Below are positions 38,318-47,513 of a stretch of 64,000 bases of DNA, in pieces. Both the position numbers and the translations under genes were made by a program. Each line of letters starts with the position of its first letter. The stretch's first letter is position 1. The notes beneath the pieces are model-generated. The model ran no database searches and was not told the origin of the DNA. It worked only from the letters and a program-made list of their open reading frames with translations. Source of the stretch: Bacillota bacterium (GTDB taxonomy: Bacteria; Bacillota; SHA-98; UBA4971); contig JBMNFG010000010.1 of the NCBI GenBank assembly GCA_050949175.1, forward strand, positions 222,186 through 286,185, read 5' to 3'.

Positions 38318-40000
38318 CTACCATTCCCTGAACCTGTCCGGAGGACGGTAAAGCCCGCCTGACCATTCCACCAAGTCTCTTATGGAGCGAGCTGCAAGAA
38401 GTGAAGTGTTTGCCTCTCCAACATCGATACCTAGATCTTCCGGAGTCTGGACTATTCCTTTACGTCTCAGCTCCAGAGTTTTCTTGGGATCAGCCTCTCT
38501 GCCCAACTCTGTGTACCCTGCTACAGCTTTGATAGCAGATTCTCGCTCCTCTAGCGAAGTACACTTAAGAAGGTGGGCTATTCCTTCCTCAGTAACCAGG
38601 TGTGTAACGGCATCGCCGTATACCATAATGGGTGGAATCGCAAAACCTGCTTCCTCCATAAGTGTCCATGCGTCCAGACGATGGACAAAGCTTGGAACAA
38701 GTCCTGCCCCAAAGGTCTCCACCATCTGAATGACTAATTTCTTTCCGCGCGGAACCGGCCCGATGAGCGAACTCGTTACAACGCTTTCTTTACCTGCCTT
38801 AAGCCAACTGGGAGAAGAGTGCCGCCTCCCCGGCGGATCGCATCCCATGTTCGGTGCACCGCCAAACCCTGCAATCCTGCCTGCAACCGCAGCAGAGCTG
38901 TTGCCGTACTTGTCAACCTGCAGAGTCGACCCTACAAAAGCATCAATGGCATAATGGCCCGCTACCTGACACATAGCCCTGTTTGACCTCATGCTTCCGT
39001 CAGGTCCTATAAAGAACACATCCGGACGGCTTGCCATGTAGTCTTCCATCCCTACTTCGGAACCGAATGAGTGGATGGACTCAACAAACCCGGTTTCAAT
39101 AGCAGGAATAAGGCTGGGATGCGGATTCACAGCCCAATGGGAGCAGACCTTGCCCTTAAGACCGAGGCTTTCTCCAAAGGTAGGAAGGAGCAATTCGATT
39201 GCGCAAGTCCCAAAGCCTATTCCGTGGTTTAAGGACTTTACTTCATATTCTTTGTAGATGCCCTTAATCACCATCATGGCCATGAGGACGTGCACATCTG
39301 TTATAAGCGCAGGATCCCTTGTGAAGAGAGGCTCAGTGTAGCAAGGCCTGCCCACCGGGACAAGAAAATCTACCCACTCAGCGGGAATATCAACCCGTGG
39401 CAACTTATCTATGACCCTCTCAACCTGTGCCACGACAATTCCCTGTCTGAACTTGGTGGCTTCAACAATCGTAGGTGTATCCTCCGTGTTCGGCCCGGTA
39501 TACAGATTGCCGGCCCCGTCCGCATAAATCGCGGTAATCAGCGCTACGTCCGGAGTAAGGTCAACGAAATAGCGGCCGAACAGTTCAAGGTAGGTGTGGA
39601 TCTCCCCGATCTTCATCTTACCTTCCTCCACCATCCGGGCCACTCTTGTACTCTGAGGAGCTGAGTATGAGAAATCGGCAAGCCGGGCTATTCCACGCTC
39701 AAAGATCTCACAGTGGGATGGTAGAGCAATGACTGACTGCACCATGTGAAGATCATTCACTCGATCCACGTCTACTCTGCATAAACACTCTGCCAGAAAG
39801 TCAGCTTGTTTTTGGTTATTTCCCTCAAGAGCTACCCTGTCACCCGGCCGAATCACAGCCTCTAACAGGGATACGCACTCATTAGGATTCACCACCTTGC
39901 TGCCTGGCTCAGATACAAACTGTTGTGCCTGACGCAGCCTCTTCTGAAATTCTTCCTGCCTTCGTGTCCAGTCAGTCCTTCTCGAAGCCCTGTTTTCCAT
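38318..40000 (-). CDS. madA: malonate decarboxylase alpha subunit, acetyl-S-ACP:malonate ACP transferase (MadA / MdcA)
   Basis: 560 aa. Matches my memory of MdcA in LEGNNQKQADFL, GNLYTGPNTEDTP, LNHGIGFGTCAIELLLPTFGESLGLKGK, GSMRSNRAMCQVAG and GFGGAPNMG. Confidence 0.92.
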   Translation of the reverse strand: MENRASRRTDWTRRQEEFQKRLRQAQQFVSEPGSKVVNPNECVSLLEAVIRPGDRVALEGNNQKQADFLAECLCRVDVDRVNDLHMVQSVIALPSHCEIFERGIARLADFSYSAPQSTRVARMVEEGKMKIGEIHTYLELFGRYFVDLTPDVALITAIYADGAGNLYTGPNTEDTPTIVEATKFRQGIVVAQVERVIDKLPRVDIPAEWVDFLVPVGRPCYTEPLFTRDPALITDVHVLMAMMVIKGIYKEYEVKSLNHGIGFGTCAIELLLPTFGESLGLKGKVCSHWAVNPHPSLIPAIETGFVESIHSFGSEVGMEDYMASRPDVFFIGPDGSMRSNRAMCQVAGHYAIDAFVGSTLQVDKYGNSSAAVAGRIAGFGGAPNMGCDPPGRRHSSPSWLKAGKESVVTSSLIGPVPRGKKLVIQMVETFGAGLVPSFVHRLDAWTLMEEAGFAIPPIMVYGDAVTHLVTEEGIAHLLKCTSLEERESAIKAVAGYTELGREADPKKTLELRRKGIVQTPEDLGIDVGEANTSLLAARSIRDLVEWSGGLYRPPDRFREW

Positions 40001-40014
40001 ATTCTCAAGTCCCT

Positions 40015-40278
40015 CTATAGTTCTTCTAAGGTCATAAGGAGATCTCCGACTTTAACCATGTCCCCTGTAGTTGCATGGATCTCCACTACTTTTCCCTTCT
40101 TAGGTGCGAGTATCTGGTTTTGCATTTTCATAGCTTCGATAAACGCTACTTCCTGTCTTTCCTCAACAACATCTCCTACCCCGGGTAGGTCCGTATTTTT
40201 CATAGGGTGTTTACCGGGATGTATGGTAACCTGCCCGGGCAGCTTCGCTCTGATTTCAACCAAGTTTCCGTTTGCCAT
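40015..40278 (-). CDS. madF: biotin carrier protein of malonate decarboxylase (MadF type)
   Basis: 87 aa lipoyl/biotinyl domain with the biotinylation motif EAMKM. Confidence 0.9.
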   Translation of the reverse strand: MANGNLVEIRAKLPGQVTIHPGKHPMKNTDLPGVGDVVEERQEVAFIEAMKMQNQILAPKKGKVVEIHATTGDMVKVGDLLMTLEEL

Positions 40279-40318
40279 ATAAAACTACACCTCCTAGAGA
40301 TTCGTAACAGCTGGCTAA

Positions 40319-41458
40319 CTAACCAAGTAAGGCTAAGAAGCATCCTGCTGCAACCGCTGTTCCGATTACGCCTGCGACATTCGGGCCCATCGCATGCATA
40401 AGCAGGAAGTTTTCAGGGTTCGCCCTTTGCCCCTCAACCTGACACACTCGCGCAGCCATGGGGACTGCTGACACTCCGGCTGCACCGATAATCGGGTTTA
40501 TCTTGCCTCCGCTCAATATGTAAAAAAGCTTTCCCAGGAGCACGCCACCTGCTGTACTGGCTGCAAATGCGATAGCGCCCAGGGCAATTATTTTAAGGGT
40601 TGCAACAGTTAAGAACGTTTCAGCACCCATTGTTCCCCCTACTGCTATGGTGAGGAGTATAGTCACTATGTTAACCATTTCACCTTGCGCCGTCTTAAAC
40701 AAGCGATCCGTCACACCTGACTCCCGCAAGAGGTTCCCCAGCATCAAGCAGCCTATAAGCGGGGTAGTATCTGGCAGCAACATACAGGTGACAATCGTTG
40801 TAACAATCGGGAATAGGATTTTCGTAGTCTTCGGTACAGGCTTGGGATACTCCATCACAGTCTCGCGTTCTTTTTGCGTAGTTAGAAGGCGAATAACCGG
40901 TGGCTGGATTAAAGGCACAAGTGACATATACGAATAAGCCGCAACTGCAACAGCTCCTAGCAGGTGAGGAGCAAGCTTTACACTAAGATAAATCGCAGTC
41001 GGGCCGTCTGCTCCACCGATTATCGCAATAGAAGCTGCCTCTTTAATGCCGAAGCCAAACATATCTGCGAGGAACATAGCAAAAAAGACACCAAATTGCG
41101 CCGCTGCTCCCAGCAGAAAAGTTACAGGCCGGGCAAGCAATGGAGTAAAATCAGTCAGAGCACCTATTCCCAGGAAGATCAAACACGGCAGTATCTCTGT
41201 TTCCAGTCCGTATTTATAGAAGTAATAAAGAAGTCCCCCTTCATCTGAAATGCCCGCTCCCGGTATATTAGCTAACAAGCACCCAAAGGCTATCCCTACA
41301 AGAAGCAGAGGCTCAAAGCCTTTGACAATAGCCAGGTAAAGGAGGACAAGGGCAACTCCGATCATTATCATGTTTCCTATTGTCAAGCCCATAAGTCCGC
41401 CGGAAGCTAAGACTGACCCTAGTGTTTTCAAAAACAACGATATCCCCCCACTTGCCAC
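40319..41458 (-). CDS. madB: Na+-translocating carboxybiotin decarboxylase beta subunit (OadB/GcdB/MadB family)
   Basis: 379-aa polytopic membrane protein with GNLLRESGVTDRL and the conserved C-terminal GAAGVSAVPMAARV. The start is uncertain: GTG 41458 or a downstream TTG. Confidence 0.9.
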   Translation of the reverse strand: MASGGISLFLKTLGSVLASGGLMGLTIGNMIMIGVALVLLYLAIVKGFEPLLLVGIAFGCLLANIPGAGISDEGGLLYYFYKYGLETEILPCLIFLGIGALTDFTPLLARPVTFLLGAAAQFGVFFAMFLADMFGFGIKEAASIAIIGGADGPTAIYLSVKLAPHLLGAVAVAAYSYMSLVPLIQPPVIRLLTTQKERETVMEYPKPVPKTTKILFPIVTTIVTCMLLPDTTPLIGCLMLGNLLRESGVTDRLFKTAQGEMVNIVTILLTIAVGGTMGAETFLTVATLKIIALGAIAFAASTAGGVLLGKLFYILSGGKINPIIGAAGVSAVPMAARVCQVEGQRANPENFLLMHAMGPNVAGVIGTAVAAGCFLALLG

Positions 41459-41498
41459 AAGCTAATGCCCGTTACTCGCCCAGAACACCTACTCAATC

Positions 41499-41615
41499 TC
41501 ATTCAGACGTAATCGCACTGAGGGCCATAATCACGAGACAAAGAAGGCCCGTCACCAGGAAGACAATGGAGATTGATACAAGACATACTGTGAGTGTACT
41601 AAGTTCGAATCCCAA
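41499..41615 (-). CDS. possible 38-aa single-TM subunit (OadG-like) preceding madB; not in the supplied ORF track
   Basis: TTG start 7 nt after GGGGGTGA. Product MGFELSTLTVCLVSISIVFLVTGLLCLVIMALSAITSE. Small anchor subunits commonly accompany this pump family. Confidence 0.35.
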   Translation of the reverse strand: MGFELSTLTVCLVSISIVFLVTGLLCLVIMALSAITSE

Positions 41616-41657
41616 AACCTCACCCCCACTGCGTTTACCAACTGAAAACCATGAACG

Positions 41658-42686
41658 TCACCGAAGATTTCGTATGAAATCAGTTAAAAGGCTAGCTGTC
41701 TGTTCCATTGTGTTAAGGTCAACAACTTCGTACGGTGAATGAGAGTTTCTCCTTGGTACTGTTATAGAAACGCATTTTATGTCAGACCACTCATCGTAAA
41801 CCCCGGCTGCGTCTGTAAACAGGCCAAATCGCACATCCAGGCTGTAAGGAACATCGGCTCTTTTCGCTGATTCCCTAAGATCAGTAACAAGCTGAGGGTC
41901 GGCAAAGAACAACAGCATACCTCTTAACGGCTTTACTGACTCAAACCGTCTTATAACCGGCCCTGTCCCCAGTGGGACGCCTACGCCTGGGCCTGCTTCA
42001 GGGTCGCCGCCGTACCCGGTGTCAATGGAAATCGCCCACTTCGGATGGACCGTCTTTGCAAGGTGCCTGGCTCCCCTGCAGCCGATCTCCTCCTGGACTG
42101 TAAAGGCAAACATCACATTGATATCGAGGTCCACATCTGCCACGCGTCGTGCAGTCTCAAGCAAAACAGCGCACCCTTGCCTGTTATCAACTGCTCTTGA
42201 AGCAAGCAGAGTCTCCTCATCATTTAACCATCGCGGGACTGTGTCAAATACTATTGGGTCTCCCGGCTCCACCTGTGAACAGCGCGGCCCTGCATCAATC
42301 CAAAGGCGGTTTAGGGTTTGACCCAGATGAGTGCTGGGTGACCGGACTACACCGGGAACAGGACCTTTCTCTGTCAGTACCAGAACAGGCTGACCCGAAG
42401 TTACAGCAGGGTTTATGTCCACCACAAAGTCAAACCAAACAAACCCGTCTCTAACATCAGTCGTAACCATGCTTACTTCGTCCATATGAGCCAGAAGCGC
42501 CAAAGTCGGAGCCCCTTCCGGGCCCTTCTTCGTGGCAAGCAAGTTCCCCATTCCATCCACTTGGATAGTGGAGATATACGGTTCGACCTTCTTACGGATC
42601 ACCTCTGCCACAGGTTGTTCAAACCCGGAAGGGCCCGGGATTCTCACAAGTTCAAGAAGATCTCTGCGGAGCTCTGTAATACCCAT
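41658..42686 (-). CDS. M42 family metallopeptidase / aminopeptidase-like hydrolase
   Basis: 342 aa. LLAHMDEVSMVTT and FTVQEEIGCRGA metal-ligand motifs (FrvX/YsdC family). Confidence 0.85.
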   Translation of the reverse strand: MGITELRRDLLELVRIPGPSGFEQPVAEVIRKKVEPYISTIQVDGMGNLLATKKGPEGAPTLALLAHMDEVSMVTTDVRDGFVWFDFVVDINPAVTSGQPVLVLTEKGPVPGVVRSPSTHLGQTLNRLWIDAGPRCSQVEPGDPIVFDTVPRWLNDEETLLASRAVDNRQGCAVLLETARRVADVDLDINVMFAFTVQEEIGCRGARHLAKTVHPKWAISIDTGYGGDPEAGPGVGVPLGTGPVIRRFESVKPLRGMLLFFADPQLVTDLRESAKRADVPYSLDVRFGLFTDAAGVYDEWSDIKCVSITVPRRNSHSPYEVVDLNTMEQTASLLTDFIRNLR

Positions 42687-42695
42687 TTATTCCAC

Positions 42696-43481
42696 CTACT
42701 CAGCATCAAATGCTACAATCCTGCATATGGAAGATTCGCCGCCGACAAATCTCCATGGGAAGCAACCGATAATCATTCTCTTGTTAAGGATCTGGTCTAT
42801 GTCCCCTCCTACGTTCTCAGCGTGGATAATGGTGTGAGGGAACAGAAGCGTGTGCATTATCTGATAATCCGCCGGCGGGAAGAAATCATCAAGGCCTTTG
42901 CCGTACTTGTTCTTAAGGTATTCATCCGCCTCTTTCGCCTGGACAGGCATCCATTCACGGATCTTGGTGTTCATTGGGTGGTCGGCAGACCCGCAGTCCA
43001 CAGCAAGCCATTTCAGTTCCATTTCCTTGCACCATTCAGCAAACTCTCTGGTAGGTCCGGGATGCTTTATCATGTACCTGACTTCATCAGCCTCAGGCTG
43101 ATCCCAGGCATACTTGTGATAACCTGTGTTAATAACGAGAATGTCTCCTTTTTTTACTTCAACCCTGTCTGTAATGTCTTTTTGTGTATAAATCCCGTAG
43201 TCTTCCGAGATGTCGCTGAGGTCTACGATGACTCCGGGCCCAACAAGGTAATCCAAAGGCAGGCTGGCGATATCCTTGCCATGGGTGCAGAAGTGAAGAG
43301 GCCCGTCAAGATGGGTCCCTACGTGGTTTGACGTGGTAATAAGCTGCCCGTTGGCACCGTTGGGACTGAGTCTCTTGAAGAACTTAATCTGAAGCGGCTC
43401 ATAAGTCGGCCACGGCGGTGTGAGATGGCTTAACGGCTGTGTGAGGTCATACATCTTCACTTTGTCCCAATACTTAAGCAT
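42696..43481 (-). CDS. cyclase-family (PF04199, kynurenine-formamidase-like) metal-dependent hydrolase
   Basis: HVGTHLDGPLHF signature (HxGTHxDxPxH). Confidence 0.85.
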   Translation of the reverse strand: MLKYWDKVKMYDLTQPLSHLTPPWPTYEPLQIKFFKRLSPNGANGQLITTSNHVGTHLDGPLHFCTHGKDIASLPLDYLVGPGVIVDLSDISEDYGIYTQKDITDRVEVKKGDILVINTGYHKYAWDQPEADEVRYMIKHPGPTREFAEWCKEMELKWLAVDCGSADHPMNTKIREWMPVQAKEADEYLKNKYGKGLDDFFPPADYQIMHTLLFPHTIIHAENVGGDIDQILNKRMIIGCFPWRFVGGESSICRIVAFDAE

Positions 43482-43520
43482 TTTGTCTCATCCTCCTCAA
43501 GAGATCTTTTTTACTAAGTC

Positions 43521-44939
43521 CTAGCTTTCGTTAGCGTACTTTTTGCCAAAGGCGATAATCGCCTTTTCAAAACACTCCCAAGGCGGGTTTACAAGCCCGG
43601 CTCCCACTTGCCCGACTCCGGGGTCTTTATGGGCAATCCCGGTATTGATCTGTGGCAATATACCTGTTTCCACTACTTTTCTGATGTCTATGCCTGTAGG
43701 TGTGCCTCTGAAGTTCAAGATAGGTATGGTGAAGTACCTGCTCTCTGAGATCGTTATGCTGTACATCTTCTCAGAGAACCTGACTGCATCATCAGGCGTG
43801 CCGCCTACGAATTGAACAATTGGGATTGCAGCTGCCATCGCAAACCCGCCAACACCTGCAGTTTCGGTTATGGCAGAGTCCCCGATATCGGGATTTGCGT
43901 CATCTTCACTATATCCTGGGAAGTAGAGGCCTTTTACTACCTGTGCAGGCCCGGTAAACCACTGATTTCCCAATCCGCTTACTTTGATTCCGAACTCAGT
44001 ACCGTTTCTCGCCATTATCGTCACGACAGAACTCTTCTCGATGCCGTGAGCTGCTTCAAGCATTGCCTTGACTGCAGGCATGGAAAGGTTAAGGAAGAAA
44101 TGGTCATTGGAGTTGATAAATTCCAGGCACCTTCTGATATCTGCCTGCGGAAAATCAAGTCCCACAAGGTGAGGTACTATGGCTCGCACAAAGAGGGATG
44201 TCCCTGCCCTGTTCCGGTTGTGCACCTCATCACCCATGTGCAGTGCCTGGGCTATCATTGACTTAAGGTCTATACCGCCTGAGGCCTCGATCGCCTTCTT
44301 CAAAACCGGGGCTAGGCCTTTCTCCATCCATTTCAGCCGTTCCAGGACTTCTTCACCGTAAGCTCCGTACCGGAGGACTTTTCCTAAGCCTTCGTTTAGC
44401 GTACAATATGACCTGTTTCCGTGAGTCCTGTTCTCAATGATAAACACAGGCATCCTAGGTGAGACTACCCCGGCCATCGGCCCTACTGCAGAATGCTCAT
44501 GACACGGCGAGTATTCAATTTCACCTTTTGACGCCAGGTCCTCGGCTTTTTCCGGCGTATCTGCCCAACCTTCGTACAGAATCGCACCGATTACAGCACC
44601 GCGGAGAGGCCCTGACATCTTCTCCCAGGTTATGGGAGGGCCGGCATGAAGTAGCATACGGTCGCCAAACCCGGGGATTACATCGCGGGCGATACCGATA
44701 CCTACGAGAACAGGTTGAGCCTCACTGAATATCTCAATCGCCCTTTGGTTAGCCTCATCAATATCACTTCTGTCCTTCAGCTTATCCAAGATATCAATAA
44801 GCTCAGCCTTACCGTGGGCAGGCGGTTGCCACTTGACCTGATACACCTTGGCACCTTGTTCCTGCATAGATTCAGCAAACACGCTGCTTCCTACGTTGAT
44901 TACTCCCCCTTCGGGGGGCCAGTTCTTTATCGTAAGCAC
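43521..44939 (-). CDS. DUF1116 protein (YlbE-like)
   Basis: MLLHAGPPITW...PCHEHSAVGPMAGVVSPRMPVFIIENRTHGN...NEGLGKVLRYGAYG matches my memory of YlbE. It overlaps the fdrA stop by 13 nt. Confidence 0.8.
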   Translation of the reverse strand: MLTIKNWPPEGGVINVGSSVFAESMQEQGAKVYQVKWQPPAHGKAELIDILDKLKDRSDIDEANQRAIEIFSEAQPVLVGIGIARDVIPGFGDRMLLHAGPPITWEKMSGPLRGAVIGAILYEGWADTPEKAEDLASKGEIEYSPCHEHSAVGPMAGVVSPRMPVFIIENRTHGNRSYCTLNEGLGKVLRYGAYGEEVLERLKWMEKGLAPVLKKAIEASGGIDLKSMIAQALHMGDEVHNRNRAGTSLFVRAIVPHLVGLDFPQADIRRCLEFINSNDHFFLNLSMPAVKAMLEAAHGIEKSSVVTIMARNGTEFGIKVSGLGNQWFTGPAQVVKGLYFPGYSEDDANPDIGDSAITETAGVGGFAMAAAIPIVQFVGGTPDDAVRFSEKMYSITISESRYFTIPILNFRGTPTGIDIRKVVETGILPQINTGIAHKDPGVGQVGAGLVNPPWECFEKAIIAFGKKYANES

Positions 44940-46507
44940 GGTCTTGCTCCTCCCCGCTCCTTGATGATCCGAGCTACCAGTTCAGTTGCTGCCCTATTAG
45001 AAAACAGGACCTCTGCTCCTGCTTCCCGCAAGATTCCAGCTTGCTTTTCTACATCCTGGGGGTCTCCGGCAGTGCCGACTATAACAGCAATCTGCACTAA
45101 CCCTTTGCCCATATCCTCACGAATCCGACGAGCTTCCTTCACAGCTTCAGCTGTCACGCCTGCAGGATTCGGATGACTTCCGTAACCCAACACCAGGTCA
45201 AATAGGAGAATTCCTACATCCTCATGACGTGCCTCCTCAATATGGCGGGGGATCCTCAGTCCGGGTTCCAGCATTGGGTGAGGCTTGCCTCGGGTGAAAT
45301 AGTCCTCTCCCATATCAATGCAGGTATGCGCAACGCTCTCCAGAGGGTTCGTAAGTAAGAATTCCTTATCCTGTGCGATGTTGGAATATGCATCTATTCC
45401 GGCTCTTCTAAGGATAGTGAGGGTTTCATGGCACAAGGTTCCACCTGAGTACAATCCTCTGAGGAACCCTTCACCGTCGATGGTTCTCGCAAGTCTATAC
45501 GCCAACTCATCAAGTTCACTGTCGGAATGGAGCCTCTCTTTACCTTCGCCGCTTGTTAACCGGCAAGCCAAAACCGCAGTCTCCTCAAGGTCTCCGGCAA
45601 ACAGCACCTTACCTGATTCGCTTCTTTGCGCTTTAACATCCTCGCCCATGAAGCAGACAACTGCAGGTTTTGACCCATCCTCCAGCGCTCTTATGAGGTT
45701 GTCACGAACACTTGGATGAGGCGGCTTTGATATGACTACTTTGACAGCAGTATTAGAATCTGATTCAAGAAGGGCTAGCCCCATAAAGGTCGTGATCCCC
45801 CCGACCTCTTCGGACAGGTCACGGCCGCCTGTCCCGATAGCTTCACTGATCCCTTCGCCAAGGCTGTCAATGACTGACATTACCTGTTGCAGCCCTGTGC
45901 CTGCTGCAGCCACAAGACCGATCCTGCCTGGTCTCACTTTATTGGCAAATCCTAATCCCACTCCGCCTATGACAGCAGTTCCGCAATCAGGCCCCATAAC
46001 AAGGAGGCCGTTTTCTTTACCAAGCTTCTTTAAGCGAATCTCATCCTCAATAGAGACGTTATCGCTGAAGAGGAAAACGTGTAACCCACGGGCAAGGGCC
46101 TCCCTTGCTTCCCTTGCAGCGTACTCTCCGGGAACGGATATCGCTGCAATCCCGGCGTCCCCTGCAGCTGCTGCTTCAGATAGAGTCGCGTAGGTTTTTT
46201 CTCCCTTCACCGCGGTCTCTTCGTGTTTGACAGAGCCTTCGAGACCCTCATTAATGGCTCTTTCTGCGCTATCTAAGGCACCTTCATCCTCTGCCACAAC
46301 AGCGATGACAAGATCGTTAGGCGTAGCAGCCTCCAGCTCTTCTGAGGAAAACCCCATTTCTCTGACTGCATCTTTGTTCAGGTCAGTCGCCATTCCTACC
46401 TGAGCTTCAACTACGTCATCTATATTTCGCACCTTTCGGGCCAGGCGCATGAGGACAATAGAGTCATAGTAACTATTGGGCTTTATTACCAACCTCTTGA
46501 ACACCAA
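44927..46507 (-). CDS. fdrA: FdrA (succinyl-CoA-synthetase-alpha-like, CoA-ligase fold) protein
   Basis: 526 aa. VMGPDCGTAVIGGVGLGFANKVRPGRIGLVAAAGTGLQ and Rossmann-like N- and C-domains. Confidence 0.85.
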   Translation of the reverse strand: MVFKRLVIKPNSYYDSIVLMRLARKVRNIDDVVEAQVGMATDLNKDAVREMGFSSEELEAATPNDLVIAVVAEDEGALDSAERAINEGLEGSVKHEETAVKGEKTYATLSEAAAAGDAGIAAISVPGEYAAREAREALARGLHVFLFSDNVSIEDEIRLKKLGKENGLLVMGPDCGTAVIGGVGLGFANKVRPGRIGLVAAAGTGLQQVMSVIDSLGEGISEAIGTGGRDLSEEVGGITTFMGLALLESDSNTAVKVVISKPPHPSVRDNLIRALEDGSKPAVVCFMGEDVKAQRSESGKVLFAGDLEETAVLACRLTSGEGKERLHSDSELDELAYRLARTIDGEGFLRGLYSGGTLCHETLTILRRAGIDAYSNIAQDKEFLLTNPLESVAHTCIDMGEDYFTRGKPHPMLEPGLRIPRHIEEARHEDVGILLFDLVLGYGSHPNPAGVTAEAVKEARRIREDMGKGLVQIAVIVGTAGDPQDVEKQAGILREAGAEVLFSNRAATELVARIIKERGGARPCLR

Positions 46508-47361
46508 CCATACCTCCTTTGCCAGTCTAGGGCAAGGTAAATGCCTAGCCCTATGTCATAGCCGGACGTAGCACCTACCGAAAGCAACCTGGCTACCGCA
46601 TCCCTTGCTTCACCCGGTTTTCCCGTGAGCACGCAAAACAAGGCTCTTTCAACGGTTTCATGAGCGCATCCTTCCAGTGCCCGCTTGATGAAGAATGCAC
46701 TTAGGTCGGATGTCCTGCCAAGGTTCTTTCTGACACAGGCCTCCCATATGCCGTCTCTATCTCGTCCAGGCACTCGAAAGACACTTCTTGTCAGACTCAT
46801 TCCAAGGACCAGATCATCGCCGCTGGGAGTAAGACCGGGTCCGAACCCGATTATTCCGGCCAAAGCCGAATCCAAACCTTTAGCGTCGTTCTCAAGCAGA
46901 GACGTTCTGATTTCTTCAATGATCCCGCCTGACACATCGAAAGCCAGGTCACGATGTTTTGAAGTCAGGGCCTGTTCCAGGACTGCCAAGTTCTCTTCCT
47001 TTATTAGGTGCAGACAATTAACCGCCTCAAGGGGACTGCTCCACCTCCGGCTGTCACTGAAATCTATGACAGCCTTTTTCCCAAGCCGCAGGCTGGAGGA
47101 GGTAGGCGCAATTACTGTGTCGTCAATAGATACACCTAAGGTGAGAAACGAGAAATCTCCTGATACAGCTACTGTAGCAGCGTCGCGTCCGCATCCTCGT
47201 GCCAACGGAAGAACAGTCAAGAACTCTGATCCGGCTACAAGGTTGATTGCATGAGTAAACACGCTGTGCACCCTAAATGTATCCCGGTGCTTAAAGATAA
47301 GTTCAAATTCCCTACCGTGATTGACTGCAGCCAGATAAAACGATTGTTCGTACATTTCCAT
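46486..47361 (-). CDS. DUF2877 protein (YlbF-like)
   Basis: 291 aa with GFGPGLTPSGDDLVLG. It is translationally coupled to fdrA (22-nt overlap). The family call is from memory. Confidence 0.6.
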   Translation of the reverse strand: MEMYEQSFYLAAVNHGREFELIFKHRDTFRVHSVFTHAINLVAGSEFLTVLPLARGCGRDAATVAVSGDFSFLTLGVSIDDTVIAPTSSSLRLGKKAVIDFSDSRRWSSPLEAVNCLHLIKEENLAVLEQALTSKHRDLAFDVSGGIIEEIRTSLLENDAKGLDSALAGIIGFGPGLTPSGDDLVLGMSLTRSVFRVPGRDRDGIWEACVRKNLGRTSDLSAFFIKRALEGCAHETVERALFCVLTGKPGEARDAVARLLSVGATSGYDIGLGIYLALDWQRRYGWCSRGW

Positions 47362-47513
47362 GTCAGTGTCATTATTCCAAACTGCAGTGTTGTAAACCTT
47401 TATGAAATGACTATAAAGTTTAGCCGTTTATTATGTTAAAAAGTATCAGTTTATTAGGAAAAACCAGGCAGCAAAGGGACTATGAGGACTCGGATACTAC
47501 GTGGAATAGCGAA

